Assembly: GCA_032718475.1 (NCBI GenBank) | Contig: JAUCBJ010001812.1 | Location: forward strand, 1 to 64,000 | Direction: 5' to 3' | Origin: Nemertoderma westbladi | Taxonomy: Eukaryota; Animalia; Xenacoelomorpha | Length of the DNA: 64,000 bases | Part shown: positions 13,225 through 22,766 of the stretch, in pieces | Position numbering within the stretch: the first letter of the stretch is position 1 | Layout of the letters: each line of letters starts with the position of its first letter | The notes under the pieces: model-generated | Told to the model about the DNA's origin: nothing | The model's database searches: none | The model's input: the letters and a program-made list of their open reading frames with translations, nothing else | Program-made: the position numbers and the translations under genes

Positions 13225-14301
13225 CTGAAAGAAATTAATTAAATATTAGGGGATAATTATATTTTATGCGTAAATTTAATACTAAATATATATATAACAA
13301 ACAATACTTTTGCTATTGAATATAGTTTCAGTTACAGTTTCTTTTAACTGTAATCTACAAGCTAAGCGTGATGGGTCTCAACCCTATTTAGAAAATATAC
13401 CTATGCAGATGATGGTTACCAAAGGTTACTAACTAATAATTTAAACAGGCTAAGGAAAATTGACAGTATCAACAATGTGACACTTAAGTGACTGTCGAAT
13501 AAATAGATCATACGCTAGGTAAAAGTAAGTTATCGAATGTATGAAACAAGTATGTAATCGATTTTTCGCGCCTCCGTAGGCAAACATAAAAAATAGACTC
13601 CGTCGTGGTTCTGATTTAAAAATGTAATAATCACTACACAATTATTCCCTTTTTCCCATCGTAATATTTATCTCCGATTATATCCAATATTACGACATAC
13701 TTCCATCCCAGACATCCTTAGCCGGCCTCACCCACCAACTCTAACCAATATTACCGGCTACTCCCCTACGAATCATTGCAATCCAATAAAGGAGGTAACC
13801 ACACAACCTCCCTCCTTTCTCTCATTGGCCCCTTAATATGCCAACCTCACCCACCTATTACTCTAACCCAGTTATTAATAAAGGAATAATTGATTACCTC
13901 TAAACTCTATTGCCGTTCATCAATAATTGGTTATTGGTCAGTCAAACCTAGGCCATGGTCAAACAACCACGTATTAATCATATTTACATGGGTTGAACGA
14001 AAAAACACTGCACAAGAAAGACAAACTCTGTTTAGGTGATAATTAGGGGTCAATTTCATATTGACCCCACACCGGGTTTAAAAGGGGCCACATTTGGATG
14101 GTAAAGTCAGTCCCAAAAAACCAGCCTTATAGTTAGTTACTACTTTACACACAAGTATGTAAATAGTTATTTACATACTGTAATAATTGAAAACCTCCCA
14201 GTAACGTGTTTTTTACTTATCGTGCTTACATAATTAAATCAATTACCTCACATTGTACACTGTACACAGGTAGCCCAAACTGTTACCATGATAACACTTA
14301 C

Positions 14302-14368
14302 CTGTCGTCCAATTGAAGACGAGTTTTTACCATCCAGATGGGGTTGGTGACTGTCACTGTAATGAAAC
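14302..14368 (-). CDS. SLC25A36: Internal coding exon (67 nt) of SLC25A36-like carrier
   Basis: Acceptor cttcttccag|GT, donor GACAG|gtaagt. Translates FITVTVTNPIWMVKTRLQLDD, the carrier signature with the PIW variant typical of SLC25A33/36. Phases fit both neighbouring exons. Absent from the ORF track. Confidence 0.93.
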
Positions 14369-14603
14369 CTGGAAGAAGTTAAAAAGTTATTAATTAAAAT
14401 AATTTATAAAATTAAATAATTTAGGATAATTATAATGGTTATTTTACATTTATTAACCAAATGAGAGGGCAATTGGTCAACAAGCCGAAGCTTATGGGAG
14501 CTCTCTTGCCGACTAATAAGGTCCATAATCACATATGGGCACTTCCTTCGAGGTTGGTTAGTTCTTCCAGATAAACTAGGCCACCCAGCAGCTGTAATAG
14601 ATA

Positions 14604-14730
14604 TGGGGCCGAGCACAATGATGTCACGCTTTTTTTGACGATTTTCAACCCCCCCCCCCCCCCCCCGTGTCACACTCTGGTTCACGAATTTTATAACCCC
14701 CTCCCTCCTTGAACGTGTCACAAAAAATAC
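14604..14730 (+). mobile_element. Probable end fragment of a non-autonomous DNA transposon (GGGCC...tgatgtcacgc...poly-C...tgtcac)
   Basis: The layout resembles termini of poly-C-containing invertebrate MITEs. A related poly-C+tgtcaca piece recurs at ~14992-15026. No partner inverted repeat was found. Confidence 0.3.
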
Positions 14731-16616
14731 CCAGTATAGGTGATAAAAAATGTTAAATTTGAAATTATTATGTTATTAAAACTAAATATTAATACTTCAT
14801 TAATTCAGCTGCACACAATGACTAAACAAGGAAGACATCCCACATATTGAGTCCAGTCAATGTGGTGTTCTTAGAACTAACAATTCATCACATCGATTCG
14901 CGATTACTGGAATAGATTTCACGTCGGCTGTTGATGTTGGTGTGAATTTTATTTGTTCACCAAAGTGCTATTGTGACATCACAAGTATAGCTACCCCCCC
15001 CCCCCCCCATGTCACAAACGTCACAAATAATAATAAAAAATTAAAAACCGACTAAGTTCTAAAATCACCATTCAAGATGTTCGTTTTACCTACAGACCTA
15101 CAGACTATTTTTGCTCAAAAATAATATAATTATTAATTACAATCGATATATTTTCACAGATCTGTGTCATAATTGGACCCAATAGTCCTCCACTGAGCGC
15201 ACACTTGTTCGTTTACTTGTTATTGTTGGGTTGGCCCCGGTTTAATTTCATCAAAGATATACTGAGGTATTTACCCTTCTAACATTTGGCGACAGACAGA
15301 CACGTGTTGTATTGGAAATACAGAGACAAGAAATAAATCTAAACTATAGTTACAAAAACGGAAACTTTTCCTCACCGAAGAAATTACTTTCGTTCACATT
15401 TCAGAGATTTTTAAAAAATGTAATCGTTTCAAATTTTGCCTGACACCTACCTAACCTTATATATATTTAAAAAACAATTAAAATTCAATTTAACTAACAT
15501 AATTAATTGTAATAGTCGATATTAATAAAGTCCTATTTGAAATTGAATTGCGGGCCTAATGCTAGAGACACTTTTAAAGATAATACTGTCGTTATAGAAT
15601 GCTGGACTGAAATATTTTGGATAAACTTTCAGTTTCAGTCCCAAATCAAGGTGCCCCCCCTCCGCAGTCTAGTGGTGCCATGTGGTGCCATGTGCGCCTA
15701 TGACTGGAGTAATTTATATGTTATCATCCTATAGAACTCGCTCCTTCATTAAGAAAATTTTTAAACAAAATATATTTAGTCATATAAAGCAATGGTGAAA
15801 AATAATTAAACGATTAAAATACATATAAAAGATAATTAGTGTGGAAATTCATCAAAACGAATAACCAACAGCAATTCATATCTGTACCCCTTCTTTACGA
15901 AATGCTGACAATATGAAATTATAATAATATTGTAAACCATACAATACATATTATCACAACACAATTAAACAATACAATTAATTATAAACCATATAAATTA
16001 AACACATAAAAACTTAATAATATCCTAACAGTGTAAGTTTGTCAGATAGGAGGGACTTTCAGTTTCAATGCAAACAAAATTCACCCTTCTCCAACATCTC
16101 ATTATTCGCAAAAATAAAACTGTAAACTGTTCTATTGACTTTAGATTATTGTTTTGGTTATAATAACGTGCCAGTGTAACGTGCTCCTAAAAAAATTGTT
16201 AATTTAACATTGAGTGAGATGAGATTTGCGTCGAGTTCCCCACCCCCGTCTCAAGTAGTATGTACTTGTGTATTGAGACTCAACATAATAATATTTACAT
16301 TGGCTGTTGATAAATCATTGGATGAATAAAGAATTCATAATAATAAAAACTAATGTAACAACCAATAATATGAAACTGTATTGCTAATACAATTTAAACG
16401 AACAATAAATTAACTTATATAGACAATTTATTTTCAGTTAACTAATTGGAACTACCTATTAATTTCCCAAAACAAAAAGAATAAGAAGATATACAATAAT
16501 TGCCACTGTTACATTTCAACTGTTATGAAAAGGCATTAAAGATTAATAATGTTACAAATAAATACCGCGGTTTTGAAGTTAGATTAAGCATCCTTAAGTA
16601 AGTATAAGTATAATCC

Positions 16617-17120
16617 TGCACAACTCAAGTCACCCCCACCCTACAACTCAATCACTAACTCCCCACCCTACAACCCATCACCCACTCTACAAACCCTCAC
16701 CCTACAACCCATCACCCACTCTACGCAACCCCTCACACCTCACCCTACCAACTCCATCCCCTCACTCCCCACCCTACAACCCAACCAACCCCGCACTCAC
16801 TCCACTCCCTACAACCCCTCACCCCCACCCTACAACCCATCCACCCCGCACTCTCTCCACCCCTCACCCCTCACTAACTCCCCACCCTACAACCCCTCAC
16901 CCCCACCCAGCAACCCAACCAACCCCTTACAAACTCCCCGCCCTACAAACCCTCACCCTGCAACGCAACCAACCCCCCCCCCCCCCCACCCTACAACACA
17001 GACAACCCCTCACCCTACCAACCCCACATTTACCCCACATCTACCTACCACTCCCGACCCTACAACCCCACCAACCCCTCACTAACTCCCGACCCTACAA
17101 CCCCACCAACCCCTCACTAA
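16617..17120 (-). repeat. Degenerate C-rich (minus strand G-rich) ~35-bp tandem repeat derived from the RDH stop-codon region
   Basis: Perfect duplication actcccgaccctacaaccccaccaacccctcacta at 17050-17084 and 17085-17119 (stop codon at 17095-17097). Decaying ccctacaaccc...cctcac copies continue down to ~16617. Confidence 0.85.
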
Positions 17121-18003
17121 CAACCCACAACCGCCTCGCTTCCTCCCTATCCCTCCCGTAAGCCGAAGCCCTAGCCAACCTACAATCCCCGTAGTACCCA
17201 CCGGACACCAACCCAGACGCCAACGCGCAATGAACCGAGGTCTGGGCGCCCTGCTCGGGTGTCTTCATGACAGCTCGAAGGGGCCACCCGAGCACCGGCA
17301 TCCCGAGAACCGAATACCCAGCTATATGTCTACCCAATTCGGTCTTTACAGCCCCAGGATGAACTGCAAAAGTCGACACATTGGTACCTTTCAACCTTTC
17401 TGATAACTCCAAAGTAAACAACACATTAGCTAACTTGCTCCTACTGTAAGCTTCGAATTTATTATAACTATTTACTAAATGAATGTCGTTCAACTGTAAC
17501 CCGTATAAACAATGCCCCTGGGCCATTGAAGCCACGTTAATTACTCTGCAGTCACTACGAGTCGATTTCATTAGATTCAATAGAAGATTGGTGAGTAGGA
17601 AGTGCCCCAGATGATTGACACCTAGATGCAACTCGAAACCGTCTACAGTTTCTAGTCTTGGGACCATCATAACCCCGGCGTTATTTATTAGTAAATCCAG
17701 TCGCGTTTCCGACTTTAAAATGTTTGACGCGAATTCTCGAATGGATTCCATCGACGCTAAATCGATTCGACGGTGTTGTATCTCAGGGTTACCAGTTGTT
17801 TCACGCAGTTCGCGGGCCGCTGTCTCACCCCGCTGGTCGTCACGGCAACCCAGTATTAGTTTAGCGCCTTTAGCGGCGAGTATCCGCGCAGTCGCACGGC
17901 CGAGTCCGGTGTTGGCCCCGGTTATTATCGCGGTTTTACCGTCCAACCTGCCGCTGCAGTGACACACACCACCGGCGAAGTAGTTACGTAACCAGTCGAA
18001 CAT
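17095..18003 (-). CDS. Intronless retinol dehydrogenase 11/12/13/14-like short-chain dehydrogenase/reductase (302 aa), nested in an SLC25A36 intron
   Basis: Intact ORF with SDR motifs TGANTGLG (TGxxxGxG), NNAG, HLGHFLLTNLLL, catalytic YSRSK (YxxxK), VHPG and KTPEQGAQT. N-terminus YFAGGVC...LDGKTAIITG is typical of RDH12/13-like proteins. Confidence 0.93.
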   Translation of the reverse strand: MFDWLRNYFAGGVCHCSGRLDGKTAIITGANTGLGRATARILAAKGAKLILGCRDDQRGETAARELRETTGNPEIQHRRIDLASMESIREFASNILKSETRLDLLINNAGVMMVPRLETVDGFELHLGVNHLGHFLLTNLLLNLMKSTRSDCRVINVASMAQGHCLYGLQLNDIHLVNSYNKFEAYSRSKLANVLFTLELSERLKGTNVSTFAVHPGAVKTELGRHIAGYSVLGMPVLGWPLRAVMKTPEQGAQTSVHCALASGLVSGGYYGDCRLARASAYGRDREEARRLWVVSEGLVGL

Positions 18004-18379
18004 AGCGACGGATGGATATTAATAAACCATTGCTCACAAAGTCAGTTAAAATAACTTGTGTGCCAACAGCCAACATGTACCAGTTACTGCTACCGCTACC
18101 GGTACCGTGATGTATACCAGTAGGCACTCCCAGACAGCCCCATATAATAATACACTGATCCTCAGCGCGGTACTACAGTACTACAGGACAGTGTAGTAGG
18201 CTTTAGGCAACTACGTAATTGACACAAATATGATATTTAAATTAAAACTTAACGATTTTATCTAGGGATTGGAAGTATCTGTCTGGTCTAGAGGTAAACA
18301 GAATAAAAGAAAGGTTTAAATTATTGTATTTATTATTATAATGGTACCGGTACTGACGTACTGCTGATAGTCTGATAAG

Positions 18380-19095
18380 CAGAAACTTGTTTATGTTTCA
18401 CCTATTGCCATGACAACTAACTGCTCCCAGGACAACGAACTTTTGAACTATATGTTCTTGCTGCAAACTGTAGAAGTGGAGTTTCTAGTACATATATGCC
18501 AAGTTTCAGCTTAAACTGATTAAAAAAGAAAACGGAGGAAGGTTTTCACATTCGGAGAATTCGTCCTCTAGCTGCAAACTGGATAACTGTAGATGAATTA
18601 AATTCCTCAAAAAGACGCAGCATGTGGTCTGGTACATAATGTATATTCCAAGATTCAGCTTAAACAAAACATAATCAAGGATATGGGTAAGGTACTTGCA
18701 TACATATCGCCCTCACGCGGAAGACTGCAGAACTATTCACTTTGAGACATTCCGCCCGCTAGCGGCAGACTAGAGAACTGCAGACGGATGAGCCGCCTTT
18801 GAATAACATAGCTAATGGCCTAGTACAAATCTGCCAGGTTTGAGCTTGAACGGATAAAAATCAAAGAAATGGGAGGATGGGTAGAAAGACATGATGGCTG
18901 TTGAACTAATGGTGTCTGAAAGTCTAAAAAAGCATGTCAATTAGCATTAAAATCATTATTAGCATGTCACATTGGTAACAACGACACAACGACAACAACA
19001 ACTATTTCCCATTATTGAATCACCCTCCTAACAGTGCCAGTTCGTTAAAGCTCCGCCAATTTCGTGGCTCGCCCCACAAGAAGATTATTTTAAAA
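18380..19095 (+). mobile_element. Possible Helitron/Helentron-associated non-autonomous element with internal ~150-190-bp degenerate repeats
   Basis: Three related motifs: tgccaagtttcagcttaaac (18497), ttccaagattcagcttaaac (18646), tgccaggtttgagcttgaac (18832). Followed by a (CAA/CGACA) microsatellite at ~18978-19002 and a short GC hairpin gtgg-ctcgcc-ccac before an AT tract. Family assignment is inference. Confidence 0.35.
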
Positions 19096-19705
19096 TAGTA
19101 GATTATACTTAAAACTCGGCATGAGGCTAGACTCATAAACTCACATATTCGGATTAAACATTTCACAAATTAATTGTATATTTCAAGGTCTGAAATCTAT
19201 TTTAAAGCGAAAAATTGTAATAATTTTTTCACAATTCGAGTAGAATTAATAAAAATAATTGTAATTAGGCTTAAAGTCAGAATTCATATTTTTGAATACA
19301 TTTCTGAGGAAGGAAAGCGTAATATATTTTTTCTGCTGACGTTTTTATATTTTATAATATGAATGGGTATTAAATTGTAATTTCATATATTTTCGCTATG
19401 TTCCATGTAATTTCATGGAAAGTAAAATATAACAGCAATAATACTTTAGATCTATCATAAGGCGGTGCATTAACCAAGAAATATGAGAATCAGAATTGTC
19501 AATTAAAATCAAAACAAATATACAATCAGATAGTGTTCGTTGAAATCACTAATGGTAGAAAATATAAATACCACATCTTAATCCTAATTGAATCTTTAAT
19601 ATTATAGTGGATAAAATAAAAAACTGGAATACTTTATCGCCAACATATCATATCAATTGTTTTGTGTCATAGATTTCTGCTCTGATATTATGTACTGAAT
19701 AATAA

Positions 19706-20110
19706 GTACTATTACTAACTACAGCACTAGGTCGAGCGAACTCGGACAGTGGAAATGAGATCCTTCCAGGATTCCCGATTCTCCATAGTTGTCGCAATTT
19801 CGTTTCTCCCAAGTTCAGTATCCCTTTCAAGTTGATCTATATATGTTATGGCCGGTCGTCCACGACTACGCTTTCCATGAGTTGGTTGCCAGAAAAGTAG
19901 ATCTGGTATGACCTCGTCTTAACTTCTCCAGCAGTGCCCACTGAATCTTAATCTGCGTTCACGGAGGGTGGTTGATACAGGTGGTATTGTACCATAAAGC
20001 TCGGCGTTTGTCATGTGTTGTCTCCAGCTGATGTTTAGGGCTGCCCTTAGTATAGTCTTGTGAATCAACCATCAATTCATTGTTCGAGTGATTTCGTCAG
20101 TGTCCAACAC
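19706..20110 (-). mobile_element. 5'-truncated, degenerate RTE-clade non-LTR retrotransposon (3' end of ORF)
   Basis: Manual translation: WTLTKSLEQ*IDG*FTRL/LRAALNISWRQHMTNAELYGTIPPVSTTLRERRLRFSGHCWRS*DEVIPDLLFWQPTHGKRSRGRPAITYIDQLERDTELGRNEIATTMENRESWKDLISTVRVRST*. These are typical RTE-like C-terminal motifs, with stops and a frameshift, followed by a short TAG-rich tail. Confidence 0.85.
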
Positions 20111-21624
20111 GTACGTGTGAGTGGGCATGACGCACACTATGTCTACATAAGCCCTTGCGTAGAGGTACAATTAGGGAACCTAGTAATTCGACCCCTAGCG
20201 GCCCACAGATGAACTACAGTTAGGTCAGGTCTGTCTGTACGTATAGAATTTCTATGTCATCTGACCCACAAGCTGGACTGGATCTTTTTTCAAATGTTAA
20301 ATAAACATTTCCAGAAGTTTCCATGGAAATAGGAGTTAATTATTGGCAAATGCTACTAAACTAGTCTAAGCAACAAACCAAGTGTGGCCGTTTGTTTAAT
20401 TATCCTTAGCTTCGTGGTTGCTACATGTGTACTAAGTTTGGTTCCAATTAATCTATGATTGGCCCCTTTATTAGAGTACAAACATTTCCAATAAAAAGAA
20501 AGACTGGTCCACTAATTATAACCCCACACTAACTAACCTAACCAACACAAATCACCAAAGAAAACATGGCTAAAGTAAATTTTGTTAATTTTGTAAATTT
20601 TGTTAAACATTGTTAATTTCTATTTGTATCAAAAATGTATTTCTCCCCCTATTTTATAGTACCTATAAAAAGTAAAACAGAACAAAATATATTCATGTTG
20701 AAGCAAATTTCACATTATTATTCTGTAATTTCTAATGTTTTTTCCAATAAATATTGCATCATGCTAAGATAAGTTATAGATAAGAACAAATTAACAGTTA
20801 GAGTTGAGTGATTTCCCCCGCACACAGCGGGTCTAACTCTCGCCAATATCCAGATATATCCGCCCTATATGTCAACCAATACCACCCGCTGATAAAAAGC
20901 ATACCAAATCGCATAAAACAAATATAACCAAAGACGTTAAGTCTAATATAATTCGTAGTTATGTGTACCCAGCGGTGATGCTATATGTAAGGGAGTCATT
21001 GTTATATAGAAACCAAAACGGATGTGGAATTAGTGAAGTGGTTTAAATAGATGACACTTAAACACAGCCCTCACTCATACTGCCAAGATAACATAGAATC
21101 TTAGATACATTCTCTCCCTTTGTGATAAAAACGGCGTTATTGGCATTATGTTATCATTAACTAATATTTTTAAGAGGTCCCATATGAAGGTGTTTAAGAA
21201 TGTGCGTATGACGTTTATTAATAACATCTCATGAAAGATCCCTTACCTAAAAAAAAGGCTATTACCACCCACGTCAACTGGCCTATGAATTGACAAAAAA
21301 ATTACATTTCAAGTTTAGTGCAACTGCTTGTTTGTACCGCTAAACTAAAATAGACTCATTTAATTATTGTTTTTTGAAATTCCCTCTCTGAAGTAGCATT
21401 TTGCCTTGTTCAGTCTTTAACCTTTTTTGGAGATCGTACAGTCAGTCTAGTGTAAACGTAGACTTAATAACACGAATTAATGTAGGTCTGTCCCCAACCA
21501 GTATATACGGTATATAAGTGGCTACTTATTCGGACTCTACCGGTAGGGTATTGGAAATCTGGTAGCCAATTTTTGTTACAGTGATAAATTAATATTATAG
21601 CATATTATTATAAATATAAAAAAT

Positions 21625-21740
21625 TACGCCGTCCGAATTTAGCCAGACCCCCTCCCCCCTGTCTGAAGATGTCCGGAGTTCGAAGACCCCCCCCCCCCCC
21701 CCCCCCCCTGACCTCGGACGTCCTTTAGGGATGCCCCATT
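21625..21740. mobile_element. Probable end fragment of a non-autonomous DNA transposon (poly-C...cggacgtcctttagggatgcccc)
   Basis: Repeated gtccg/gacccc motifs, a poly-C tract and a terminus resembling the opposite end of the element class seen at 14604. Pattern recognition only. Confidence 0.3.
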
Positions 21741-21799
21741 ACGATAAAAAAAGAAACCGTTGATTATTGTAATGGTTCTTATTTTATAATTTATATATA

Positions 21800-22078
21800 A
21801 TATCGTAGCTTAAGTGTCATAAGTCAAAAATTGTAATTGTTCAGGAGAGCCTATAAAAGATATAGAGAGATATGGGGCCTTTCTGCAGTAAAATAGTGTC
21901 AACTGGTATATAATAGGGCTTTACTTTACCACGCAATAAGCATCACTTCCTATTGGTTAAATGTTTAAATCTCCACCAGCTGATAGAGCATGTCTTAAAG
22001 TGTGGAAATTAATAAAAAAAGGTAAAAAGCGACAAAAATCGACTAAGTAGGGCCTTTATGACACTTAAGCTACAATAT
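21800..22078. mobile_element. MITE-like non-autonomous element with terminal inverted repeats
   Basis: gtagcttaagtgtcataa (21805-21822) is the exact reverse complement of ttatgacacttaagctac (22056-22073). The match extends a few more bases with one mismatch into TA-rich flanks. Confidence 0.65.
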
Positions 22079-22373
22079 ATAATATGCAATTCACTTAATA
22101 TATATAACCGGTGTACACTATATGGGATAACTAAGTTATTTTTGGCACATTAATATTGAATAACCCGCATTAAACCCCACCGACTAGCGGCACTGGCTGT
22201 TTCTATCAAACACGTCCCAGATGCAGTAAATGGGACCTCTTTAGAAAATAATATTAATTACTACCGCGGAAAAATGCTTGTACTATTAGTAGAGCGGGGA
22301 GGTGGAAGCAAATAATATAATATAATAAAAAGTAACAAAAACTATTGTTATATATCCAATAACAAACACACAC

Positions 22374-22430
22374 GTGATGGTTAGAGCGTCAGAAATCCAA
22401 CCTTGAGTTACCTAGTTCGATCCCACCTGG
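22374..22430 (+). other. tRNA-derived SINE head or tRNA pseudogene fragment
   Basis: A-box/D-arm-like tggttagagcg and B-box gttcgatcc at tRNA-like spacing. No complete cloverleaf or acceptor stem. Confidence 0.35.
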
Positions 22431-22665
22431 AAGACAACGTCGTCTCCGCTTAAGATTTGCTGCCTCAAAAAAATATTAAGACTACAATTCATCATTTCAG
22501 TTATTTTCAGCTCCAACAGTAAATATGTACGGATAATTAATCAATTAATACCAGATATCACAATAGGCCAATCAGAATAAAAAGAAACGACTTTTTTCGG
22601 TGTTCAAAACCAAATAATAAATGTAGGAAGTTTTAAATTGAATGGATATTTGGATTTTAACTCAC

Positions 22666-22766
22666 TTGCAATGGAAGCGCTAGCAATATGTACTGGAGAA
22701 GTGTCGGGTTCTAGAATCTGGTTGAAATGGTTATGGCAGGAAGCGTAAAGTCCGAAGTAGATAGCC
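22666..22766 (-). CDS. SLC25A36: Internal coding exon (101 nt) of SLC25A36-like carrier; upstream exons are outside the window
   Basis: Acceptor ttctattcag|G, donor GCAA|gtgagt. Translates AIYFGLYASCHNHFNQILEPDTSPVHIASASIA (compare RAIYF...PDSTQVHMISA in vertebrate SLC25A36). In frame with the 67-nt exon. Confidence 0.92.

Noticed and set aside
17615-17962. Plus-strand 115-aa ORF (likewise 286-495 and 12906-13238)
   Set aside because: Antisense shadows of real minus-strand coding sequence.
13450-19830. Short ORFs at 13450-13641, 14404-14721, 15537-15734, 19174-19362 and 19648-19830
   Set aside because: No recognisable domains, low complexity or alternative starts; the last is an off-frame reading of the RTE remnant.
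22374-22430. Functional tRNA gene
   Set aside because: Only A/B-box-like motifs; no acceptor stem or full cloverleaf can be formed.
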